DNA from: Myxococcota bacterium
GTDB lineage: Bacteria; Myxococcota_A; UBA796; CAJQPC01
Direction of reading: 5' to 3'
Assembly (NCBI GenBank): GCA_036229005.1
Contig: JAZAMN010000016.1
Span: 1 to 64,000, forward strand
Length of the DNA stretch: 64,000 nucleotides
Shown: one piece after another, positions 48,324-58,500 of the stretch
How positions within the stretch are numbered: position 1 is the first letter of the stretch
How the letters are laid out: each line of letters opens with the position of its first letter
Notes under the pieces: model-generated
What the model saw: only the letters and a program-made list of their open reading frames with translations
What the model was told of the DNA's origin: nothing
Database searches by the model: none
Program-made: the position numbers and the translations under genes

Positions 48324-50731
48324 AGCGGCAGCTCCTGGTGGTGGGTTGGGTGCTGCTGATCCTGGCGGTGCTCTGCATGCGCCCCTGGAAGGGGGTCGAG
48401 GACGCGGGCGCCGGCGAGCGGCAGGTGTTCGACGCGCTGGACGCGGGCGACGCGGTGCGCTTCCGGGTGGGGGCGGGGGAGTCGCGGATGCGGGTGCTGG
48501 CGCGCCTGGAGACCCCGGCGCCGGACACCCTGGACGAGTCGCGGACCTGGCGCTTTGGGGTGGGGCTGAGCCTGGAGGGGGGCGGCGTGGAGCACAAGCG
48601 CGTGCACTGGACCCGCTCGCGCCTGACACTGCTGGAGGACGGCACGCCCGCGGCGGTGACCCCGGTGCCGGAGCGGGTGGTGACGGACACGCGCATCCTG
48701 GATCTGGAGCTGGCGCCGCACATGGCCGAGGGCGGCGTGCTGACCCTGCGGGCGGCGGATCTGGAGCCGGGCCAGCGCCTGCTGCTGCGCTCATTTCGGG
48801 AGACACCGCGGAGCCGAGCCGAGCTGGCCGGTGGCGCCCCCGCGTCGGTGCAGGAACGGCTGAGGAGGACCTATCCGCTGCCCTGGCCTGAGCTCACCGC
48901 CCAGGAACGCAGGTGGTACGTGGCCACCAAGCGGCTGACGCTCCCCGCCGAGGAGCTGCTGGGCGCGGAGACCGTGGCGCTGACCCGCTACGCGGAGCCG
49001 TCCATGTCGCCGACCGCGGAGACCTGGGGCTACCGGCTGAACCCCGGCGAGTCGACCGCCGTGAACGTGCGCGGGCCGGCCGTGCTGCGCGTGTGGGCGG
49101 CAGGGGAGCGGGACAAGCACAGCCCCAGCGCGTCCGACCTGCCCATCTCGCTGGTGGACGCGACGGAGGGCGGCCCCGTGGAAGGCGGCGTGCTGGGCAG
49201 CCACCGCGTCGAGGTCCCCGAGGGCGCCCTGTGGAGCCTGCAGTGGCACCGCGGGTGGAACCAGCCGCCGGTCTACCTGAGCTACGAGATCGAGCCGGAT
49301 CAGGGGCAGAGCTGGGGAGAGCCCCCTGGCGCAGGCGCGGCCCAACCCCTGGCACCGGAGCGCCGCCGCCTCACTCTGTGGCGCGTGGGCCCCGAGAGCG
49401 AGGACATCGTGGTGCCCGCCGCAGCCGCCGGCCCCTGGGGGGTGCTCCGGGTGGAGGCGCGCCCGCTGGCCGACGCCGCGTGGAAGGCCCAGCCCGCCGA
49501 GGGTCGCCTGGGCCGCGCGGTCACGCTGCACTGGGAGGCGGTGGACGCCCAGGGGAAGGTGCTGGCCCAGGGGAGCTGGGAGGCGCCCTTTGAGCACGCG
49601 CCCTTCGAGCGCTACGTCGAGGCCGAGGACGAGCCCGTCAGCGAGCCCCACTCCCGCTACCTGCACCACCCCAAGGACGCCGTCGCCCTGCGCTTCTCGG
49701 CCGACGCGCCCGTGGACCTGCGCTTCCACGTGCCCCTGGACGTGCAGCCCAAGCGGGCCCCCGAGTACGCCCTGGAGAGCGCCTGGCGCGGCCGCTACGC
49801 CCCCTGGGAGCTGGCGCCCTACCTGAGCCTCGCGCCCCTGAACGCCGAGACCCTGGCCGCCCAGGACCGGCTCTACCGCCTGGACGCCACCGTGCGCATC
49901 GAGCCCCGCGCCGACCAGAGCGAGGCCAGCCGCTCCGTGTCCGACCTGCGCACCTTCTCGGTGGTGCCCCAGGGCCGCCCCGTCGCCCACCCCATCCTGC
50001 AGCCCGTGCGCCGCGCGGGCCCCTTCAAGCCCCACCACCGCACCCGCATGGGCCGGGTCACCCGCCTGCAGATCCCCGAGAGCGGCGTGGTCCAGGTGGA
50101 CGTGCGCGTGGCCGACCCCGACATCGGCCGGGAGCTCAGCCTCCAGTGCGGCGACAGCCCGGCCCAGAGCCTGCGGCTGTATTCGGGCGGCGGCGTGCTC
50201 ACCTTCTCGGGCCTCTCGCCCGGCGAGCAGGACTGCAGCCTCAGCGGCCCCGAGGGCTTCTTCCTGGCGGACGTGCCCGGCCAGGGCGCGCGCTGGGCCC
50301 GCCGGGATGTCTACCGCGCCGACGCCGGCACCCTGCGCATCCTGACCCAGGTGCGCGACCCCGTCGAGGTGCTCTACGCCCGCGCCTACACCGGCCCCGG
50401 CCGCCCCGCCCCGGTGCTCCACGTCCGGGTCGACGGCGGGGAGCCCGAGCACCAGTCCGGCGTGACCGAGCGCCGCACCCCCGGCGCCCGCGACTACGTG
50501 CCCCCCGAGTCCCGCGGCAGCGCCCGCCTGGTGCACGGCGGCAACCTGGAGGCCTGGTCGGGCATGCCCGTGGTCCTGGGCGACGACCTCTCCCGGGGCG
50601 TCCACGTGGTGGAGTTCAGCGCCACCGCGCCCGACGGTGGCCCCGTCTACCTGCGCTTTGACGGCTCCTGGCAGAGCGGCAGCGCCGAGATCGACACCCA
50701 CTGGGTCGTCGACAGCCCGGAGGACCCGTGA
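48320..50731 (+). CDS. Exported hypothetical protein in the putative PGA operon
   Basis: N-terminal hydrophobic signal or anchor; beta-rich; ATGA and GTGA overlaps at both ends. Confidence 0.8.
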   Translation: MKRQLLVVGWVLLILAVLCMRPWKGVEDAGAGERQVFDALDAGDAVRFRVGAGESRMRVLARLETPAPDTLDESRTWRFGVGLSLEGGGVEHKRVHWTRSRLTLLEDGTPAAVTPVPERVVTDTRILDLELAPHMAEGGVLTLRAADLEPGQRLLLRSFRETPRSRAELAGGAPASVQERLRRTYPLPWPELTAQERRWYVATKRLTLPAEELLGAETVALTRYAEPSMSPTAETWGYRLNPGESTAVNVRGPAVLRVWAAGERDKHSPSASDLPISLVDATEGGPVEGGVLGSHRVEVPEGALWSLQWHRGWNQPPVYLSYEIEPDQGQSWGEPPGAGAAQPLAPERRRLTLWRVGPESEDIVVPAAAAGPWGVLRVEARPLADAAWKAQPAEGRLGRAVTLHWEAVDAQGKVLAQGSWEAPFEHAPFERYVEAEDEPVSEPHSRYLHHPKDAVALRFSADAPVDLRFHVPLDVQPKRAPEYALESAWRGRYAPWELAPYLSLAPLNAETLAAQDRLYRLDATVRIEPRADQSEASRSVSDLRTFSVVPQGRPVAHPILQPVRRAGPFKPHHRTRMGRVTRLQIPESGVVQVDVRVADPDIGRELSLQCGDSPAQSLRLYSGGGVLTFSGLSPGEQDCSLSGPEGFFLADVPGQGARWARRDVYRADAGTLRILTQVRDPVEVLYARAYTGPGRPAPVLHVRVDGGEPEHQSGVTERRTPGARDYVPPESRGSARLVHGGNLEAWSGMPVVLGDDLSRGVHVVEFSATAPDGGPVYLRFDGSWQSGSAEIDTHWVVDSPEDP

Positions 50732-51546
50732 TCCTGCTCGCCCTGCTCTTGTCCGGCGGCCTCTGGGAGCAGGCCGAGCTCTGGCGCCAGGACGGCCAGC
50801 CGCTGCAGATCGACCTGGACCAGCGCCTGGCCGCCAAGCGCCTGTTCTCCGAGCTGCTGGCCGGCGCCCCCGCGGGTGTGCTGCCCGCCGATCTGGACAC
50901 CCGCGCCGCCACGCTGGGGCTGCAGGTCCAGATCGGGCTGGACCGCGTGATCCTGCACGGCCCCGGCGGCATCTTCGCCGTACACCTGGGCGACCCCGAG
51001 CGCCCCCCGCTGGTGCTCCAGGCCCCCCACGCCTGGTACGACTACAAGACCGGCCGCATCGCCTCCGCGCTCTTTGACGAGGGCGTCCCCCGGGCGCTCT
51101 TCCTCAACGGCGGGCAGCGCTACGGCGGCAACGGCCAGGACGACCCCGCCTTCGACCTGGCCCACAACCACGACACGCTCTACCAGGCCGCCACCCTGGG
51201 GGCCGCCGCGGGACTGGAGGACCCCCTGTTCGTCCAGCTCCACGGCTTCACCTCGCGCAGCTCAAAGGACGTCGCCGTGGTCTCGAGGGGGTCGGCTCTG
51301 GAGCCTCTTGGGCTGCGGGACCTCGCCATCGCGGACCTCTCGGGTCTGCTGGGCTTCCTTGGATCGGTGGGCACCGGCGAGGACAACTGGAGGCTGGCCG
51401 CCCGCGACAACGCCCAGGGCCAGGCCCTGTCCGGCCAGGCCCGCTTCCTGCACCTGGAGCTGGGCAAGCAGGCCCGCCGCGAGCTGGCCGACGACCCCGA
51501 GCTGCGCGCCGCCTTCGGCGCCCTGATGCTGGGGTGGACCCGATGA
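50728..51546 (+). CDS. Exported putative Zn-hydrolase (poly-gamma-glutamate hydrolase / N-formylglutamate amidohydrolase-like)
   Basis: QAPH..YD..T, DLAH, VQLHGF, N.QG, FLHLEL motif order. Confidence 0.65.
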   Translation: MILLALLLSGGLWEQAELWRQDGQPLQIDLDQRLAAKRLFSELLAGAPAGVLPADLDTRAATLGLQVQIGLDRVILHGPGGIFAVHLGDPERPPLVLQAPHAWYDYKTGRIASALFDEGVPRALFLNGGQRYGGNGQDDPAFDLAHNHDTLYQAATLGAAAGLEDPLFVQLHGFTSRSSKDVAVVSRGSALEPLGLRDLAIADLSGLLGFLGSVGTGEDNWRLAARDNAQGQALSGQARFLHLELGKQARRELADDPELRAAFGALMLGWTR

Positions 51547-54500
51547 TCGCGCTGCTGCTGGCGATGGTCGCCTGGGCCCAGGCCGCCTGGGTGCCCCTGG
51601 GCGAGCTGGAGCCCCAGGACGAGGGCCTGCACGCCGGCCAGATCTGGCTGGAGCAGGGCTCTCGACAGCGCGTGCTGTTCACGGTCTACCCGGCGGACGC
51701 GCCCCTGTGGATCGAGAGCGAGGGCGCCTGGCAGCCCCTGGCCGCGGGCCCCGATGGCAGCCTGCTGTTGCCCGCGCCCACCCTGACCCGGGAGCTGCGG
51801 ATCCACGCCCCCGAGCACGCGGTGATCACCGCTTGGCGGGAGTCCCTGACGCCCGTGCAGGTGGCCTGGGACCGCTACGAGGAGGCGCTGGCGCGCTGGG
51901 TGCTGCACGGCGGGACCCTGCCCACGCCGCCCCAGGAGCTCTACGAGCTGGAGGACGAGTGGGTGCTGCGGCGGCAGGCCTTCCTGGCGGTCGGGGAGCC
52001 GGTGCACGAAGCTCTGCTGGCGTCCATGCTGCTGGACCTGGAGTCCCGGCGGGCGCTGTCCGGGCGCGACCACCCAGCGCTCATCCTGCAGACGGGTGAC
52101 CTCGCTGATGGGCAGGAGTTCACGCAGCAGGTGCAGGGCCCAGGCGTGCTGGTGTTGGACGTCCAAGCCCAGCTTCAGGCCGATCCCTACCTCGACTTCC
52201 GCCTGATCGGGACCCTGGACGGGCGCCCGGAGCTGCAGCGACAGACCGCCGCGGGCGAGAACCCGGAGACCCCGGGCCTGAGCTGGTCGCGGCGCCTGGA
52301 GGTGGTGGTGCCGCCGGGCCTGCACACGGTGGGGCTGACCCTGGAGGGCGCGGACGGGAAGGTGACTCCGGTGTGGCGGGCGCGGCGGGGCGGCTGGCGG
52401 CGGGCGGGGCTGATGCGGCGCTTTGCGGACGGCGGGCGGCCTCGGGGGGACCTGGAGCGCCTGGAGCGGGACGTGATCCTGCGGGACCCGACGGTGGCGA
52501 TGCAGGCCCACGCGCTGCTCGCGCAGGAGAACGTGCACCCGGCGGTGGAGCGGCTGGCCCTGCTGCGGCTGGTGCGCTGGAGCCGGGACGACGCCGAGGC
52601 CGTGGCGATCGTGCGGGAGCACCCCCAGGACACGCTGCTGCTGGCGGCCCTGGCGCGGCGCTGGCAGGCCGGGGCGCCGGTGGACCCCCAGATCTTCGTG
52701 GAGGACCCGCGCGCGCTGCCCCTGGATCCGCAGCTCCTGGCGGAGCTCGCGGTGGCGCTGGGTGGGCCCTTCTTCCGGCCGCGGGGGGAGGCGATCCTGC
52801 GCTTGGCCGGCGGAGACCTCCGGGGCTGGGACGGGAGCCGCTGGAGCGCGCTGGAGCCGGTGGAGGGCGGCACGCTGATCCGCGCCGTCGACAGCCCGGG
52901 TGTGCCGCGGGTGGTGGCCAGCCCGGGAGAGGTGGTGCTGCTGGAGCTGCCCGAGGTCGACGCCGGCCAGGTCCCCGTGCTGCGGCTGATGGGCGAGGCC
53001 CCGGTGCGCTACCGGGTGGACGGGCGCGAGGCCTACGGCGCCGGGCGCCTGGACGAGGCCCTGAGCAGCGGGCAGCACACGGTCGAGGTGCTGGAGGGGC
53101 AGCTCTGGATCCTGGACGCCCACCTGGTGGTCCAGGGCGGCCTGCGCACCTACGAGCGCACCCAGGCGCAGCTCCCGGCGAGCTTCCTGCTGCCCGACCC
53201 CGGCGCTCCCGTCGCGCTGGCGCTGCTGGCCGACAGCCCGGGCACCGTGCGCATCGAGCTGGACGACGGCGACGCCTTCGAGGTGGAGCTCCCACCCGAG
53301 GCCGAGCGCGTGGTGGTCCCGGTGGGCCCCTGGGCGCAGAAGGCGGTGGTGCACGGGCCCGAGCACATGCACATCTCCGTGCTGATGCGGCACCCCAAGG
53401 GCGAGCTGCTGTGGCCCACCCTGCCCGACCCGGGGATCGACCCGGTGGCCATGCTCGGGCAGGCCTCCCGCACCCTGGTGCTGGCCCTGCAGGAGGGCGC
53501 CGATGACGCCCAGATCGCGGCGCTTCGCCTGCAGCGGGCGGGCGCCTACCAGGCCCTGGGGCTGACCGGCTCCGCGCGCGCCGAGGCCAACCTGGTGCTG
53601 CAGCTTGAGGGCGCCACCGACGACCAACGCCGCGCCGCTCTGGCCGCCCTGCCCCCCGCGCCGCCCGTGCGCTCCCCCGGGCCCCAGTCCGCCGAGGCCG
53701 TGCTCGCCCTGCGCCAGATGCTGCCCCCCAGCGACGCCGCCGGCTGGCAGGCCGCCGCCGAGACCACCACCCCCCAGTCCTACGCCGCCCTGGTGTGGGA
53801 GCGGGCCGCTCAGGCCTGGCTGGACGAGGGTGACCCCGTGCGCGCCTACCACTGCGCCGAGATGGCCGGGCCCCGCGCCGACGGGCTCCGCAGGCGCGCC
53901 GCCACCTCCGGCGAGTGGGTGGCGCTCAACGTGCTCGACCAGAGCGGCGGCGTGGTCAAGCGCACCGTCCACCGCCGCCCCCCCGACGACTCCGACGGCG
54001 CCCTCTCCCAGGCCCGCGAGGCCGCCCTGGGCTCTCCCTGGCCCGGCGATCAGGCCGCCGTGCTGCGCCCCGGACGCCAGGACGTGCTGGAGTTCAGCGG
54101 CAGCCGCATGGACCTGTCCCTGCTCTGCCGCGACGAGTCCTTCTCCCCCGAGCCCCAGCCCTGCGCGCTCCAGGTCGGCGTGGACGACGGCGAGCTCCAG
54201 CCCATCGAGGTCCTGGACGGCCAGCTCCAGACCCTGCCCCTGGTCCTGACCCCCGGCGAGCACCAGGTCGTCGTGCGCCTGGACGAGCGCGCCGGCCCCG
54301 CCGTGCTGGTCCACGCCCAGACCCCGGACGGCCCGCTGCCCCCCACCCTCCAGGTCTCCACCCACCGGGTCGGGAGCGGGGTCGAGGTGAGCGTGCCGGC
54401 CCCCGTGCTCCTGCGGGTCAAACTCCACGAAGGCGGTCCCGTCCAGCTCCGCGTAGGGGACACCCTGCGCCCGATCGAGGACACCACGGTGGTCCCCCTG

Positions 54501-55598
54501 CTGGACACCGGGACCCTGCCCCTGCGCATCGAGGGCCCCCCCGGCGCCCTGGTCACCCTCTCCGTGCTGGAGCCCCAGGCGCAGCCCGAGCAGTCCGCGC
54601 TGGCCCAGGCCCGCGAGGAGGCCAGCCAGCTCTCCGCCGAGGCCCGGCTGCCCCCCACCCCCACCGGGCCCGTCGCCCAGGCCACCACCACCTGGATGCA
54701 GGAGGTCGCCTTCCGCCGGCCCCCAGTCCAGTCCCCCATGGGCGGTCAGGCCAGCTTGTGGGCCGGCGGCCGCCTGGGCGTGGACCTGGCCGCCGAGGCC
54801 GACGCCCTGGACACCTGGCGCTACGCCCAGCTCGGCGCGGGCTTCCGCCGCCGCGGCCCCCGCACGGACCGCTACAGCCACGCCGCCGGCTACGGCCGCG
54901 CCTCCCTGGACGGCCCCCCCGCCGCCGGCCTGGAGCTGGAGCAGCACTGGCTCCCCCAGCGCTGGGTGCTCAGCGCCGAGCTCTCCGCTTGGCACTCCCT
55001 CTCCGCCGGCCACATCAGCGGCCGCCTGCGCGCCCGCTACCTCTTCGAGCTCTCCCCCCGCTGGCGCGTGCAGCCCTGGCTGTGGATGCGGGCCGGGGTC
55101 TGGAGCCCGGAAGGCAGCAACGTCGACCCCCGCGCCTGGACCACCTACGGCCGCGACCACTGGCTGGGCGCCGGCCTGGGCACCCACGTGGACTTCAAGC
55201 CCTACCGGGACCTCCGCTTCCGCGCGACCCCCGCGCTCTACACCAACGTCAACGGCACCCTGGACAAGGCCGGCGCCACCCTGCGCGCCGACTGGCTGCT
55301 CAACCCCCGCTGGTGGCTGGTGGGCTCCGCCGGCCTGGAGCGCCGCTTCGTGGACCTTCACCGCGACGAGGCCTTCTGGCGCACCCAGCTCCAGGCCGGC
55401 GCCACCTACGGCCTCTGGCGCACCCCCGAGCAGTGGTGGCTCTTCTCCGCCCGCGTCCTGGCCTACCCCAACGACCGCGCCGTCCAGGCCTGGGTGGGGC
55501 TCACCGTCGAGTTCGGCTCCCGCCGCGGCGTCTACGACCACGTCCCCATCGACGCCCCCTTCCTCGCCCAGCGCGACCTGCCCCTGGAGCAGCGATGA
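51543..55598 (+). CDS. Large exported protein with beta-sandwich and helical (TPR-like) regions and a probable C-terminal outer-membrane beta-barrel
   Basis: AWAQA signal; alternating aromatic/hydrophobic strands from ~54760 to ~55520; ATGA overlaps on both sides. Confidence 0.75.
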   Translation: MIALLLAMVAWAQAAWVPLGELEPQDEGLHAGQIWLEQGSRQRVLFTVYPADAPLWIESEGAWQPLAAGPDGSLLLPAPTLTRELRIHAPEHAVITAWRESLTPVQVAWDRYEEALARWVLHGGTLPTPPQELYELEDEWVLRRQAFLAVGEPVHEALLASMLLDLESRRALSGRDHPALILQTGDLADGQEFTQQVQGPGVLVLDVQAQLQADPYLDFRLIGTLDGRPELQRQTAAGENPETPGLSWSRRLEVVVPPGLHTVGLTLEGADGKVTPVWRARRGGWRRAGLMRRFADGGRPRGDLERLERDVILRDPTVAMQAHALLAQENVHPAVERLALLRLVRWSRDDAEAVAIVREHPQDTLLLAALARRWQAGAPVDPQIFVEDPRALPLDPQLLAELAVALGGPFFRPRGEAILRLAGGDLRGWDGSRWSALEPVEGGTLIRAVDSPGVPRVVASPGEVVLLELPEVDAGQVPVLRLMGEAPVRYRVDGREAYGAGRLDEALSSGQHTVEVLEGQLWILDAHLVVQGGLRTYERTQAQLPASFLLPDPGAPVALALLADSPGTVRIELDDGDAFEVELPPEAERVVVPVGPWAQKAVVHGPEHMHISVLMRHPKGELLWPTLPDPGIDPVAMLGQASRTLVLALQEGADDAQIAALRLQRAGAYQALGLTGSARAEANLVLQLEGATDDQRRAALAALPPAPPVRSPGPQSAEAVLALRQMLPPSDAAGWQAAAETTTPQSYAALVWERAAQAWLDEGDPVRAYHCAEMAGPRADGLRRRAATSGEWVALNVLDQSGGVVKRTVHRRPPDDSDGALSQAREAALGSPWPGDQAAVLRPGRQDVLEFSGSRMDLSLLCRDESFSPEPQPCALQVGVDDGELQPIEVLDGQLQTLPLVLTPGEHQVVVRLDERAGPAVLVHAQTPDGPLPPTLQVSTHRVGSGVEVSVPAPVLLRVKLHEGGPVQLRVGDTLRPIEDTTVVPLLDTGTLPLRIEGPPGALVTLSVLEPQAQPEQSALAQAREEASQLSAEARLPPTPTGPVAQATTTWMQEVAFRRPPVQSPMGGQASLWAGGRLGVDLAAEADALDTWRYAQLGAGFRRRGPRTDRYSHAAGYGRASLDGPPAAGLELEQHWLPQRWVLSAELSAWHSLSAGHISGRLRARYLFELSPRWRVQPWLWMRAGVWSPEGSNVDPRAWTTYGRDHWLGAGLGTHVDFKPYRDLRFRATPALYTNVNGTLDKAGATLRADWLLNPRWWLVGSAGLERRFVDLHRDEAFWRTQLQAGATYGLWRTPEQWWLFSARVLAYPNDRAVQAWVGLTVEFGSRRGVYDHVPIDAPFLAQRDLPLEQR

Positions 55599-58500
55599 GC
55601 GGCCTCCGCCCCCGCCCGGGCCCCCAGACCGGCGCCGGCCGCGCCCTGTCCCTGTGGCTCCCCCCGCTGCTAGTGCGCGTGCGCGCCGAGTGGGTGGACC
55701 GCCTGGGCATGCGCCTGGAGGCGGACATGGGCGCCAACCTCCCGGAGCTCCCCGACGTGGGCTTCTCCCGCGTGGTGGCCGTGGCCGGCGAGCAGCTCCT
55801 GGACCAGCGCCGCGAGCTCGTGCGTCAGCGCCGCGAGCTGCAGGTCGCCGCCACCCGCGCCCAGGGCAGCCACGAGCTGCGCTCCGTCCTCCAGCACTTC
55901 CTGCGCAGCACCGTCCGCGACGAGCGCAGCCTGGCCAAGGACATCCGCGCCCTGGGCCGCAGCCTGGACGTCACCGCCCTCACCGAGCGCGTCGACAAGC
56001 GCATCCACGGCTGCGGCGTCGAGCTGGAGATGCTCGCCCACGTCCTGGCCCACCACCCCCTCCGGGGCCCCGCCGCCCTGCTGCTGGACAGCCTGCTGGA
56101 CGACCCCCGCCCCCAGACCCGGCGCGCCGCCACCCAGACCCTCGCGGGGTGGGCCGTGCTGGTGCTCGGCAGCGGCAAGGACCGGGACGGCGCGCTCACC
56201 GACCTCGCCCCCGCTCAGCTCGAGCGCTTGATGGGCCTGCGCGAGCACCCCGATGTGCTCACGGGCGTGCGCGCCCTCCAGGTCCTCGCTGGGCTCCCCG
56301 GTCCCCAGGCCCAGCACGAGCTCCGCCAGACCCTGCGCGGTGAGGACGGCGTGGAGTCCGACTTCTTCCTCCGCGCAGCCGCCATCCGCCTGATGGTCGA
56401 GGTCTCCCCCGAGGCCGCCCGCGACGCCTACATGATCGCCCGCGTCGACCCCTCCGAGACCGTGCGCTGCGCACTGGTGGACGCCCTCTCGGAGACCGCC
56501 ACCCCCGGGGCCCGCGCCCTCCTCCAGCGCCTGCGCGTCGACGACCCCGCCCGCTCCGTGCGCACCCGCGCCTCCCGCGCCGTCCGCGTCGCCACCCCCA
56601 CCCCCGACCCCAGCCCCCCCGTCCAGCGCCTGCGGGGCCTGCGCTTTGGCCAGCAGGACACCCTCACCCTGCCCGCCGACATGAGCCCCCTGCAGCTCGC
56701 CGAAGAGCTCCTGCCCCTGACCGACCGCGACCACGGCTTCGGGATCGAAGCTCTGGATGCCCGCCGCGTCCGGGTGCACCGCGGAGAACAGCGGGTGCTG
56801 CGCGCCTGGAGACTGCTCCATGAGCTCCGGCGAGGTGACCCTGGCAAGCGTCAGTACGGCGACCACCTCAGCGGGCGCTCCATGCCCGGCGAGATCCTGG
56901 TCCCCCCCGCGCGCATGGCCGACGTCTCCCCCACCGACGTGCCCGCCCGCCCCGTGCTGGCCGAGCAGTGGGGCTCCTGGGGCCCCTGGCTGCCCCTGCC
57001 GGACCACTGCATCGACGCCCTGTGGGAGGGCGACAAGACCCTGCTCACCCGCCAGGGCCGCACCCGCCTGCAGCCGCCCGTGGGGGTGCCCGCCCGCGTC
57101 CGCGCCGCGATGGCCCTGTCCACCCGCATCGAGCACTACGACCAGCTCCGCGAGCAGGCCCTCCAGGGACGTGACGCCGGCGCCCGCCGCGCCTACACCC
57201 AGGCGCTGGAGGCCCTGGGCTTCCGCCTGGACTTCGTGCCCGCCGCCTCCGGGGACGCCCGCCTGCCCGAGATGTTCCCGCCCCCCAAGCAGGAGCTGCT
57301 CCTGGGCCTGGCCCCCGCCGCCGGCGCCGCCCTGCTCGACTCCGCCATGGACCTGCTCTCCCAGCGCAGCCTCCAGCCCGTGGACCTGATGTTCCTCTCC
57401 GGCGGCATCGCCAGCGTCTTCTTCGGCCGCCTGGTCCTCTCCCACCAGCGCACCGCCCGCGCCCGCGCCCGCATCCCCCTGGTCGTCGGCGGCTGGGGCA
57501 CCCGCGGCAAGTCCGGCGTCGCCCGCCTCAAGGCCGCCTTCTTCGAGGGCATGGGCCTGGACGTCGTCTGCAAGACCACCGGCTGCGAGGCCATGTTCCT
57601 GCGGGCCTTCCACGGCCGCCCCGCCACCGAGTTCTTCCTCTTCCGGCCCTACGACCGCGCATCCATCTGGGAGCACGCCGACGTCCTGCAGCGCTCCGCC
57701 GACATGGGCGCCGAGGTGTTCATCTGGGAGTGCATGGCCCTGCGCACCGCCTACGTCGAGCAGCTCCAGCTCTTCTGGACCCGCGACGACCTGAGCACCA
57801 TCACCAACACCTACCCCGACCACGAGGACATCCAGGGCCCCTCCGGCCAGGACGTCGCCGAGACCATCTCCGCGTTCATGCCCCGCGGCGCCAAGGCCAT
57901 CACCACCGAACAGCAGATGACCCCCATCCTGCGCGACCGCGCCCGCGAGCGAGACACCGAGCTGGTCGAGGTGGACCAGGAGGAGATCGACACCCTCCCC
58001 GCCGATCTGGTCGCGCGCCTACCCTACCAGGAGCACCCCAACAACATCACCCTGGTCGCCCAGCTCGCCGAGACCCTGGGCGTGGACCGCCAGGAGGCCG
58101 TCGTCCTGATGGCCGACCACGTCGTCCCCGACCTGGGCTCCCTGGCCACCTTCCCCGAGCTGCGCCTGCGCGGCCGCAGCGTCGAGTTCACCAACGGCAG
58201 CTCCGCCAACGAGCGCACCGGCTTCCTCAACAACTGGCGCCGCTGCGGCTTCGAGGGCCACGACCCCGAGCGCGACGCCGGCGACTTCCTGGTCCTGGTC
58301 GTCAACAACCGCTACGACCGCGTCGCCCGCTCCCAGGTCTTCGCCGACATCCTGGTCAACGACGCCCCCGCCCACCGCATGGTCCTCATCGGCACCAACC
58401 TGGAGGGCCTGCGCACCTACATCGACACCGCCCTCGCCCAGCGCATCGCCAACATCGAGATCTTCGGCGGCGGCCCCGAGCTCGTCCTCGCCCGCTTCGC

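Noticed and set aside
51180..55541. Very long antisense or alternate-frame ORFs (e.g. 1453 aa here; also 6592-10023, 41253-44306, 2362-5247, 61804-63837)
   Set aside because: Shadow ORFs caused by high GC3 codon bias on the real strand; the translations lack motifs and mirror genes with clear signatures.
53915..55594. N-terminal 560 aa of the 1870-aa ORF
   Set aside because: Pro/Arg-rich off-frame read of the 51543-55598 gene; the real start is the ATG at 55595, overlapping the upstream stop.
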